From NCBI GenBank assembly GCA_005191425.1, contig SUPR01000073.1, forward strand, positions 1-18,206: a stretch of 18,206 bases of DNA, written 5' to 3'. This document shows positions 8,614-17,928 of this stretch, piece by piece (position 1 is the first letter of the stretch; the number at the start of each line of letters is the position of its first letter). The notes below the pieces were generated by a model. It was not told where the DNA came from. It made no database searches and saw only the letters and a program-made list of their open reading frames with translations. A program made the position numbers and the translations under genes. This DNA comes from Candidatus Helarchaeota ASGARD archaeon Hel_GB_B (lineage in GTDB: Archaea; Asgardarchaeota; Lokiarchaeia; Helarchaeales; HEL-GB-B).

Positions 8614-9968
8614 TAACTTTGTAATATTGCCATAAATCGCTCCCAATAATATAATGCAATTTGACCTGCCGGAGATGTCGGTATTGTATCGAACATATGT
8701 CCTACAAACGGAAATTCTATTAATATAAAAGGACTTGTAGCATTCGCCTTGTAAGCTGCTTGCAACATTCTCGCCTCTTCTACTGGTGCCAATGCATCTT
8801 GGATTCCCTGTAAGAATAAACAAGGCGGAGCTGATTTATTCACATAATATAAAGGAGAAATTAACCTATTAAGACTATCGTCCGTCACAGGATTTCCACC
8901 AAACGCTTTTTCCATTAAATCATCGAAATTAGGGTCTATTCCAACTATTGGATCATTCATATGCGTACTAAATAGGTCCTTAAAGTCACATGGCCCATAC
9001 CTCGGTATTATCCCCCGAATTTTAACGCTGTCATTAAACACATTCCTCCAAGTAGTATTCCACCCAATAAAAGTTTCAGTTAATTGCCCACCTGCACTTA
9101 AACCAGTAACAAATACACATGAAATATTTGCATGGTATTTACCAGCATTTGCAACTAAATAGTCTGTAAAATTCCCTAAAATTTGCACAATCATCTCTTG
9201 AACAGTATAACTCCTTTTAGTCAATGAACGCCCTAATAGCCCTTGAACTTGGCTTAATAATGGGTCTACATCATATCCAAAAATTTTTTCACCCGGAAAA
9301 TGCGCGAGCCCATATTGTAAATCAAATACAACATACCCCTGACTGGCAAAATATCTTGAATAAAATACTAAATTTTCAATCCCTTTATTCCCTATTACCC
9401 AAGCTCCACCATGTATGTTTATTAACACCGGAAAAGGACCACTACCACTTATCGGACGATAATAGTCAAAATAAAATTTGTCTCCAGATGTCGGGTCGGT
9501 CAAATACGGACCTTGGTTATATGATACATTATACTGTAGATCCTCTAAACCATTGTACATCCTCCAAAACTCAAACGGAGAACTCCTTAACTTCGCTCTT
9601 AATTCTGGCTTTATTAAACTCATATAATTGTCCCCAAATGCCGCCTTAAACTGCGTTTCCGCACTATTTATTGGCGCTGAAATCCCCGCAATTAATGGCA
9701 TCGAATTCATTATTATAATTGGTATCACTAGAACTAACGGTATTATCCAAAATTTTCGATCCCTATCATGAAGCCCAGCCGCTATTAACGCAATCACCAG
9801 ATAAAATATAAAACTAATACATGATATCGAAGATAATATAATGTTTAATACCCCAAAAACAAGGTTCTGTCCACCAGTTACAACTATTATACCAGAAATA
9901 AATCCTACTACCAATAATAAATATGCTATAATTAAAATCAAATACCTTAAGATCTTCTTAATATTCAT
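8613..9968 (-). CDS. Membrane-anchored alpha/beta hydrolase (HSL/BD-FAE-like esterase/lipase)
   Basis: HGGAW oxyanion motif, GLSAG nucleophile elbow, QGIQD (Asp) and GHMFD (His). Three N-terminal hydrophobic helices. Minus strand confirmed by CAT at 9966-9968. Confidence 0.93.
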   Translation of the reverse strand: MNIKKILRYLILIIAYLLLVVGFISGIIVVTGGQNLVFGVLNIILSSISCISFIFYLVIALIAAGLHDRDRKFWIIPLVLVIPIIIMNSMPLIAGISAPINSAETQFKAAFGDNYMSLIKPELRAKLRSSPFEFWRMYNGLEDLQYNVSYNQGPYLTDPTSGDKFYFDYYRPISGSGPFPVLINIHGGAWVIGNKGIENLVFYSRYFASQGYVVFDLQYGLAHFPGEKIFGYDVDPLLSQVQGLLGRSLTKRSYTVQEMIVQILGNFTDYLVANAGKYHANISCVFVTGLSAGGQLTETFIGWNTTWRNVFNDSVKIRGIIPRYGPCDFKDLFSTHMNDPIVGIDPNFDDLMEKAFGGNPVTDDSLNRLISPLYYVNKSAPPCLFLQGIQDALAPVEEARMLQAAYKANATSPFILIEFPFVGHMFDTIPTSPAGQIALYYWERFMAILQS

Positions 9969-10394
9969 CTGAATCCCTCTTTGTCTGTTTTTTCATTTTG
10001 TAAATCTTTTTATTATCTTTATTTATTAAAAATATTTAAATGTTTGCTTTTAAATTTAATAGAAATGATATTATAAACTAATTTGGTATTTTGAAACATT
10101 TTCTATTTATCTATTTCAATCCCAGCTGTTCATTTTTTTATAACTTTAAGAATTTGTTTTATTAAAAATTAAAAAATGATCTAATACACCGTCGTTTATT
10201 ACAATTCTATAAAATATTTCATGATAATTTAATATTTTTGAAAAATGAGTTTTCTCTCGCTCCTTTATTTTATTCTGCCTAAATTCTTCATTTATATTAT
10301 ATAAAAGACCAAATGAAGAAAAAGTTCGTTTCTACCTATATAAACCGCTAAATTGTATCTCCCTGCTTTTTTGGAACCTATATTTTAGGATATT

Positions 10395-10871
10395 TTACTA
10401 ATTAATAAATATAAAAACTCGTCCTACAATTTTTATAGAAATTTCTTTGATAATAACACTATTACTGGCATTTTTTGATTTCCATTCTAACTTTACTTGC
10501 ACGGAATTATAAATAAGCTCCATAGCTTGCTTTAACAAAATAAAGATAAACCTATCACTTCAATCAAGCATGAAGGAAATATTTTTTAAATCGACCCGTC
10601 CATTCTCAAATAACTTTAATAGGATCTGTTCTATTTTACTATCACGTTTATTGTGTATATAGCTAATATGGGTATAAAGAGTCCTATTACAACATTTATA
10701 ATAATATTGAAACCTGTATTTAATAGAAGCACCATGTCTATTTTTCTTTATATCATGCAAGTTAAAATTATTTGTAACATTTAAACAAATAATAGAAAAC
10801 TTAATTTAAATATAGAAATCTATAATTGAAATTTTCAATTTATTATAATATTTATATTCCCTAATTCTCAT
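10395..10871 (-). pseudogene. Fossil paralog of the IS1/IS6-like transposase at 1-915
   Basis: One frame from ATG 10871 reads ...*IKFSIICLNVTNNFNLHDIKKNRH...LLKLFENGRVDLKNISFMLD*SDRFIFILLKQAMELIYNSVQVKLEW...IIKEISIKI. This is colinear with IKIPIYCPNPTGNCMPCNIKKNGH...LVKLFEGGRYNVNQIKAELKCSNSTISRLLLQIVESINSSSLTQLHW...FVDETFIKI in the intact copy. Confidence 0.75.
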
Positions 10872-11055
10872 TTATTTCTGTCCAAAATTACTTATATCCC
10901 TTAAATATACGCTGATATGAAAAAATATTTCTTAATTTTATATTACAAAAAAAGTATAATTCTTATTTTTTTATTGGGTAAAGGATTTTGAATAAACTCT
11001 TTTTAATCAAGAAATTTATATTTTAATATAAAGAATATTTTGTAGGTTAATAAAG

Positions 11056-11490
11056 ATGAGTTTAAAAAATGAAGGGTTAGGAATTTTTAATAAAAAAAGG
11101 ATGTATCAAGATTTTTCTGAAATATTTAAAAAGTTTGAAAGGGTCGGATTAAGTTATATATATGGGTCTTTCTTGTCAAGAGATAAATTTAATGACATAG
11201 ATATTGGGATTGTATTAATAGATCCTGAAAATTCTTATAATGACTGGGAATATGGAAATATGGTTGGAAGGGAGTTAGAACGATCAATTAAATATAGAAT
11301 TCCAATAGATATAAGGGTATTAAATAATGCACCAAATTATTTTCAATTTAATGTTTTGAAATATGGAAAATTAATATATTGTAAAGATGAGAAATTTCGG
11401 GTTAAACACCAAAAAAAGGTTATTTCAATATTTTTGGATTATAATGATACTCTTAAATGGTTTCATAATCAAATATTGGAGAAAATATAA
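11056..11490 (+). CDS. mntA: Minimal nucleotidyltransferase antitoxin (MntA-like, type VII TA)
   Basis: YIYGSFLSRDKFNDIDIG (GS...DxD), IDIRVLNNAP and YGKLIY. It lies immediately upstream of a HEPN gene. Confidence 0.9.
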   Translation: MSLKNEGLGIFNKKRMYQDFSEIFKKFERVGLSYIYGSFLSRDKFNDIDIGIVLIDPENSYNDWEYGNMVGRELERSIKYRIPIDIRVLNNAPNYFQFNVLKYGKLIYCKDEKFRVKHQKKVISIFLDYNDTLKWFHNQILEKI

Positions 11491-11491
11491 T

Positions 11492-11920
11492 ATGTTTGAT
11501 AAAAATGGAATAATAGATCATTTACAAGAACTTAAATTAGCCATGAAAGATTGGAAAAAATACCAAAAATATTCTTTAGCGGATTTGGAATTTGATAGAG
11601 ATAAAAGAAATATGATTTTCCACGCAATGTTAATAACAATCCAATCATCAATCGATATTGCTAATCACTTAATCTCAGAATTTGGATTTGATATCCCACG
11701 CACGTATCGTGAGACATTCTTAATTCTAATTCAAAAAAATATAATTTCCAAAGAATTAGGTGATAAACTAGCAGATTTAGCCAGTTTTAGAAATTATTTA
11801 GTCCATATATATTGGAAAATAGATATTAAATTAGTGTATAATATACTTCAAAATGAATTAATATATTTTCAACAATTTTTAGAAAAAATAAAGCCATATT
11901 TAAAAAAATTTAATGAATAA
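11492..11920 (+). CDS. hepT: HEPN/DUF86 ribonuclease toxin (HepT-like)
   Basis: RNYLVHIY matches RX4HXY. The start is re-assigned to ATG 11492, 1 nt after the MNT stop. The track start at 11387 overlaps MNT by 104 nt. Confidence 0.9.
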   Translation: MFDKNGIIDHLQELKLAMKDWKKYQKYSLADLEFDRDKRNMIFHAMLITIQSSIDIANHLISEFGFDIPRTYRETFLILIQKNIISKELGDKLADLASFRNYLVHIYWKIDIKLVYNILQNELIYFQQFLEKIKPYLKKFNE

Positions 11921-12226
11921 AAGGATAGGAGAATTATTATTTTAAATAAAAACATTCGAATTTAAATCCTTACAAATATCTATAGTCCTTGACAAAAGAT
12001 AAGCCAATATTAAATTACCAAACATAAAACAATTTTCTAAATTTTTAAAATGTTGGGATCCATTTGCCAGTACAATTAAATCTATGGCTGAGCATATTAT
12101 AGGAAACACTCGTAATAAAGAATTTGTAAATTCTATCAAAAATTGAAAAAATATTACTATGACACAATAATAAAAAAGAAACAGCAAAAAAATTTAAATT
12201 TTATTAATAAATTTATTAATTATTGA

Positions 12227-12713
12227 TTGTTAATAGATGCCTTTGAGGCATATAAAATGGTAAATAATAGAGATATACCAAAAAATTATCTTTTTGACCC
12301 ATCTGAGGCGATTGAACAAATAAAAAAACTTACCCAATATCTTTTTATCGGGCTAGTTTTTGTGCATAGGCGAATAAATGGTGAAATAAATATTGAAGTC
12401 CCGCTCATGTATAATGGTTTCGCACTCGACCGAATCCATTTTGATCTTCGCACATATAGCCCTGTTCCAAAAAGTCATAACCCATTCTATTTTAATATAA
12501 AAATTGACAAAAAAAATTAAAATTAGGATGGAAAAAATTTTATCCGAATTGAAGGTTTTGGACTCTGCCGAATTTAGGGATCTAAAATCAGTTTGGGCTA
12601 TCCCTCTTATCTAGGGTCACTTTATTATTGCACACATCAAAGTTAATTTGGAAAATTTAGAAATTCTTCAAGATTATCTATTGACTCAAGAGGTGCGGTG
12701 TTCTGTATTTTAA
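12227..12713 (+). pseudogene. Disrupted conserved-hypothetical gene upstream of the permease
   Basis: The track ORF (EVPLMYNGFALDRIHFD) continues after removing one A from the A8 run at 12509-12516 as KIKIRMEKILSELKVLDSAEFRDLKSVWAIPLI*GHFIIAHIKV...QDYLLTQEVRCSVF*. There is an internal TAG at 12612. The final TAA at 12711-12713 abuts ATG 12714. Confidence 0.65.
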
Positions 12714-13962
12714 ATGATTAAAAAGACTTTTTTATTTTATAAAATACGAAATAATTTTTACAATTCTTATGTCCAATTTTATAATACTTCTTATAACCAG
12801 CCCACAAATCGCCGGCTACGAAATACTATCAACAAATTACGTCATAATTCTCCAAATTTTTATGTTTATGCTAGTCTCCCAAGGATTAGAATTATCTGGT
12901 TTTTTTAATAAAATTTCACAGCAAATAATAAACAAATTAAAAAATAAATCCATTTTTGTTCAGTTTTTAATTTTAGCCCTTATATCAGGGTTATTTGCTT
13001 CAGTAATAATGAGCGATTCGGCTATTTTTGTTTTTCTCCCATTTATTGCTACTTATTTAAAAAATATTAAAAAGCAATATGATAACATTAATCAAAATTA
13101 TATATTGTTTTTAATTATCTCGTTTATAAATATAGGTTCGTCATTAACTCCAATGGGAAATCCTCAAAACATTATTATCTGGCATTATTATGATATAGAT
13201 TTCTGGAATTTTATCTTATATATTATGCCATTTATTAGTATCACATTTATTTTCCTTCTTTTAACCTCCATCTTTTTCTTAAAAATAGATAACACCAAAA
13301 AATTTAAAATTGAAATGAATAGTAAAGCCAAACAAAATAATATACAAGAAATAAAAAGCAAAAAATTAAAATCAGAATTATCTAAACCAAAAATTATGGG
13401 GTCGTCTCTTAATTCTTTATCTCCCCCGGTCCCTATTTCTATTAGATTAGACAAAAAAGTATTTTATATTTCAGCTCTTTTATTAATTATAGACATTATC
13501 CTGGTCGAATGTAATTTTACTATTATAGCTTTTTTAATTACTTTTGGTCTATTTTTATTGATAAAACGTACAATGATTATAAAAATGGACTATATACTTC
13601 TTTTAATATTCTTATTTATGTTTATTGATATAAATATTCTTATTTGTTTAGTCCAAAATTTTCTGAATACTATAAAAGATAATATAAGCCTTACATCTGA
13701 AGAAACATTCTTGTTTGCAGCTCTTCTATCTCAAATAATTAGTAACGTCCCAGCAACAATAGTTTTGAAAAATTTTACTAACGCATGGCTGGCATTGGCA
13801 GTTGGAGCAAATATTGGTGGCTTAGGCTTTATAATAGGTTCTATGGCAAATCTTATTGCAGTTCGACTTATTAATCTTAATATAAAAAAATTTCTTATAT
13901 ATTCAATTCCATTTTTCTTATTAAATTTAATATTTATTGGTATTATTTTTATCTTTATATAA
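12714..13962 (+). CDS. YbiR-like ArsB/NhaD (ion transporter superfamily) anion permease; possible +1 frameshift near the start
   Basis: Motifs NIGSSLTPMGNPQN, SQIISNVPAT and ANIGGLGFIIGSMANLIA, with many TM helices. The main frame is 12769-13962. ATG 12714 joins it (MIKRLFYFIKYEIIFTILMSN) if one A is removed from the A5 run at 12720-12724. Confidence 0.85.
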
Positions 13963-14348
13963 TAACAACTACATTTTAATAATTTTATAAAGATTTTGAG
14001 CTCGATATATTGTTATTATTTATTATACCTTTCCCTGTTTCCAATTTATCCGCTTTTAAAATATTATATTGAATATTGTAAGTCGTAGAAACTTGATTTC
14101 AATGTTTATTAAAGAATTAAATTCTAAATTAATATTATAAATAGATAAATAATAACTTTATTAATCTTTATTGCGATAAATTATCTAATTTTATATCCAT
14201 TCTGCCTGTCCCTTTTTAATTTATTATTGTTAACTTTTGTCCAATAAATTAATTTTATATTATTACTATCATATAATTGAATTAAAGAATAGGATTTTGT
14301 TTTTCAAATAAAGATTTTAGAATTTATTTATTAAAAAACAAGTTCTAA

Positions 14349-15206
14349 ATGATGAAAATGCAGCCTGAAACGGAATTTGGAAAAAAAGACGGCAAGCTTA
14401 CCCTTATGTTTTTCTCACCCCACCCGGATGATATTGAAATTGGAGTACCATTCCAATATATCAATGGGGTAAGAAGAGGTGATAAGATAATTGAAGTATT
14501 AATGACTAATGGTGAATTTGGTACTGATAGGGATGAATTTAAAGGAAAACGACTTGTTAAAATTAGGGCTAAAGAACTTGAAAATTCTAATAATATTTTA
14601 ATTATGAACATAAACCCAAATAACCGCATAAAATTAATAAGACTTGGTTATATCGATGGACACCTCCCCTTCACAAATAAAACAATACAAAGAATTACAG
14701 ATTTAATTAAACAGGAATCCCCACATATCATTTTTACGTGCGACCCCTGGTACGTCCAGGATTACCATCCAGACCATGTGAATGCAGGAAGATTAGTATA
14801 CTTTGCATTAAAACGACTTAAGAAGTCTGAATTACCTTTAAAAGTCTTTTACTATTATACAACAAAAGCAGATACATACCTGAAATGTAATTGGTCCGAT
14901 TTTAAGATTGTTAAATTAATGCAGTCCCAGCATAAATCCCAATATTCTCCTTTTGAAAATAAAATTTTTATTACAATTTACAATAAATTGAGTGTTATAA
15001 AACATTTTTTTGAATGTGGATACTTTTCGGAAAGTTTTCGTAGCCAAAAATTTAATAATGATAAGATTGTTTCTCCTAAACCTTTTAATAAAATGGGATT
15101 CTCCAAAAGAATTTTATATTATATATTAAATTATTTTACCGAAAAGGGATATAAAAAATTTCACAATTTGTCAATTGAAGACCTTAAAAATAGGGGGCAG
15201 ATTTAA
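14349..15206 (+). CDS. PIG-L/LmbE-family zinc-dependent N-deacetylase
   Basis: SPHPDDIEIG, MTNGEFG, LGYIDG and DYHPDH metal-binding and catalytic motifs. Confidence 0.92.
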   Translation: MMKMQPETEFGKKDGKLTLMFFSPHPDDIEIGVPFQYINGVRRGDKIIEVLMTNGEFGTDRDEFKGKRLVKIRAKELENSNNILIMNINPNNRIKLIRLGYIDGHLPFTNKTIQRITDLIKQESPHIIFTCDPWYVQDYHPDHVNAGRLVYFALKRLKKSELPLKVFYYYTTKADTYLKCNWSDFKIVKLMQSQHKSQYSPFENKIFITIYNKLSVIKHFFECGYFSESFRSQKFNNDKIVSPKPFNKMGFSKRILYYILNYFTEKGYKKFHNLSIEDLKNRGQI

Positions 15207-15639
15207 TTTTTATTCTATTATCAATAAATAATAAAGAAATTGTGTTCATTTAGACACATTTATTTATATTCTTTTTTTCTTAAAATAGCAATTAAATTAT
15301 AATAATAATTAAAATTTATTATTATAAAATAATCATCTCCAATTAAAAGAAGTTAATTTGATATCTATAAAATTATTGCCTAAAATTTAGCAATATTTTA
15401 TAGATCATTTTAGAAATTAAATAGACATTTTTCAATTCATCAAGTTCATTATTAGTGATTATTTAATATGTTTAAAATTATTAATAATTTTTATTAATCA
15501 TTTATTAAAAAATTTAATTCTTTATTTAAAAGTTGATTGATAAATTTTATATTTTATAGCTAATAATTAGAATTTTACTAATTTTATAGGAATTTCATTT
15601 ACAATATTTCCTCTAAATTAGTTCCTAGGCAAATTTTAA

Positions 15640-16332
15640 TTAGAATTAGATAATAAGATTAAAGAAAAATATAACAATTTTTTAACACATATAAAAATCA
15701 ATAGGACTTCTATAATGAAATTTCCAAAAATATATAGAACACTTAGAAATACTAACTGGAACAAATATTCAAAAGTTAGTTCTTAGTTTAGACCATTTAA
15801 TAAGGCATTATTGAGTAAAGAACTTGTAAAAATAGCTCTAAAATCAATATATCAAATTGAGCCATTATTAGAAATTGAAAGAATAAATGGTATTATACAA
15901 GAATTTAATCTTCGATTTGAACATAAACTTATTTCAAAACTTACTTTAAACCTTAAAATATTGAAGCAATCAATCCGTTCATTCTCCTATTCCATAAAAA
16001 ATAAAAATTAAAATAGGATAGTAGTTACTGAGTTATTAGTAAAGTTTGAAAATTTGAAAATAAAAGAATTTGGTATTCTGGTAATAACAATGACTGAAAA
16101 TGTAATAAAAGAAGACACTGACGAAATTGCTAAGGAAATTATCGTGATTGTAGATAATAAATTAGAGGAATAAGGTTGGAATGAACTGGCTACGGATTTA
16201 GTAGTCGCTAAAACCCTTATTGCTCAAGAAGAATTGACTGAAAAAATAAAACATATAGAAGAAAATCAAATCAAATTTATGAAAAAAATTGAGGATTTAA
16301 AAGATCTTATTTTACAAATGCTAACTAACTAA
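15640..16332 (+). pseudogene. Decayed hypothetical gene with a coiled-coil-like C-terminus
   Basis: One frame of 231 codons has only 3 internal stops (15784, 16009, 16171) in very AT-rich DNA. It ends KLEE*GWNELATDLVVAKTLIAQEELTEKIKHIEENQIKFMKKIEDLKDLILQMLTN*. It contains track ORF 15811..16011. Confidence 0.55.
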
Positions 16333-16857
16333 ATTGGAAAAATAATAATAATTATAGAAATACAAATTTTATCCTAATTGTTATTGAAAAATATTCAGTT
16401 AACTAAAAACACATTTTTCAATAATTACTTTAATATTCCAATTTTAGTAATCGTCTTTTTGTTAAAGTTGCTGAAATCATGAGAAGACATTTGGTAATGT
16501 ATATTTTCATGCCAATAGGCACTGATTATTCTTTATTCATTCTTTTATTTAATTATAAAATTTATAAAAAAACTTGAAAAAGAGATAATCCTCATATTAA
16601 TGGGAATATATTTAATTCTTGCAGGATATACGCTTATGGTATTTATTTAAATATTCTGAACTATTAGACCGTAAAAGCACTCTTGAAGAAATTTTGAGAG
16701 CCACTTTCTTTGGGGGGTACGGTACCGTGAGGATGATATTAAAAATACTGAAAATAAGAAGCATTGTCCTAGATTTGATAAAATCGGGTCGAGATAATCA
16801 GAAAAAATCCTAAAAAAAGTGTATATCGTGATTAGACTTAATAATTTAAATAGTAAG

Positions 16858-16881
16858 TTTTATATAATACGATATATTATA
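16858..16881 (+). promoter_or_regulatory. TATA box (TTTTATATA) with an overlapping inverted repeat TATAATA-N5-TATTATA
   Basis: The TATA element lies 23-31 nt upstream of ATG 16889. The inverted-repeat arms are at 16863-16869 and 16875-16881. Confidence 0.4.
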
Positions 16882-16888
16882 ATGTAAT

Positions 16889-17197
16889 ATGAAAATGATA
16901 ACCACATCTATTCGTTTTCCAGAGGACATAATTGATGATCTAGAAAAAATCTGTAAAGAAGAAGGAATGGACAAAGGGGCAATAATTAGGAAATTCTTGA
17001 GGGAATCAATAAAAAATTATAAGATAAAAAAAGCAATTGAATTGTATAGAGATGGTTTGATTTCTCTATGGAAGGCAGCTGAACTTGCTGACATTACTTA
17101 CCGAGAAGCACTAGATGAATTGAAAAAAAGGAATATTCCTTTTAATTATTCAAAAGAAGATCTTGAAAATGACCTGAAATGGATATTAGTGCCATAA
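16889..17197 (+). CDS. UPF0175-family antitoxin (RHH + HTH)
   Basis: ITTSIRFPEDIIDDLEKICKEEGMDKGAIIRKFL (RHH) and AIELYRDGLISLWKAAELAD (UPF0175). Confidence 0.92.
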   Translation: MKMITTSIRFPEDIIDDLEKICKEEGMDKGAIIRKFLRESIKNYKIKKAIELYRDGLISLWKAAELADITYREALDELKKRNIPFNYSKEDLENDLKWILVP

Positions 17198-17703
17198 GCA
17201 ATGCAGGACCAATAATTCATCTCGTCAAAATTGGTCAACTTCTTTTATTGAAACAATTATTTGGAAATATTGGAATCCCTGAAACTGTGAAAATTGAAAT
17301 TGTTGAAAAAGGTAAAGTTCAAGGAAAACCAGATGCACTCATTATTGAAAAAGAGATTAATAAATGGATTAAGGTACTAAAAGATCCAAAAATTAAAAAA
17401 GAATTTTCAGAGAGGTCTGGAATTCATTCAGGGGAGATTGCGGCAATCATGCTTGCAGGAGAATTAAACTTACCTGTATTAATTGATGATTCATCAGCCC
17501 GTAATTTTGCTATTCTAATGCAGGTAAGAGTGCTCGGTAGCATTGGGATATTAATAAAAGCTGTTAAAAGCAACATCTTGTCCATTTCTAATGCTTTAAA
17601 TGCCTTGGAAAAACTCTCTGAAGTTATGTGGTTAAACGCATCAATATATCAAAAAGCAAGAAATTCCATAATCTCCTCTAAGAGTTCAAATGAAGAACAT
17701 TAA
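17179..17703 (+). CDS. DUF3368-like PIN-domain protein
   Basis: ISNAGPIIHL, IPETVKIEI, IHSGEIAAIMLA, VLIDDSSAR and VLGSIGIL. It overlaps the antitoxin by 19 nt. Confidence 0.92.
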   Translation: MDISAISNAGPIIHLVKIGQLLLLKQLFGNIGIPETVKIEIVEKGKVQGKPDALIIEKEINKWIKVLKDPKIKKEFSERSGIHSGEIAAIMLAGELNLPVLIDDSSARNFAILMQVRVLGSIGILIKAVKSNILSISNALNALEKLSEVMWLNASIYQKARNSIISSKSSNEEH

Positions 17704-17928
17704 TTACTCGGACGATTTGTGGAAAAAACTATCATTTTGAATGAATGGAATGATGATATTAATATCTAAAAATAGTTTTCAATGTCCACGACCCTCACTC
17801 ACCATTCTTATTGCAAGTTTATCAGATACGAGATTAACTTGAAAAACATTAAAATTGATCAAGTTAAATATTATCCGTCTAATTTTTTCTAAATTTACCT
17901 CAGGTTTTTCTTTATAACTAAGATTCAT
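17704..17928 (-). pseudogene. Possible gene relic
   Basis: MNLSYKEKPEVNLEKIRRIIFN...SEGRGH*KLFLDINII...SSE*, with one internal TGA at 17779-17781. No family recognised. Confidence 0.25.

Noticed and set aside
8599-8823. N-terminal 75 aa of track ORF 8155..8823
   Set aside because: It overlaps the esterase in another frame, and a strong SD supports the 8598 start.
9224-9649. Track ORF of 141 aa on the plus strand
   Set aside because: Antisense to the esterase, with no motif.
11942-12187. Track ORF of 81 aa on the minus strand
   Set aside because: No motif, and it opposes a plus-strand gene run. A broken plus-strand frame after the AGGAG near 11930 is equally plausible, so neither is supported.
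12714-12908. Track ORF of 64 aa
   Set aside because: Better explained as the frameshifted true start of the permease.
13188-14629. Track ORFs 13188..13454 and 14345..14629
   Set aside because: Antisense shadows of the permease and the deacetylase.
1383-16332. Stop-codon reassignment (alternative genetic code) as the cause of the in-frame stops
   Set aside because: All three stop types interrupt the relics, alongside frameshifts and lost catalytic residues. Intact genes in the window end normally at TAA, TAG or TGA.
16480-16813. Track ORF 16619..16813 and nearby hydrophobic frames
   Set aside because: These may be scraps of a membrane-protein gene, but no coherent frame or family could be reconstructed.
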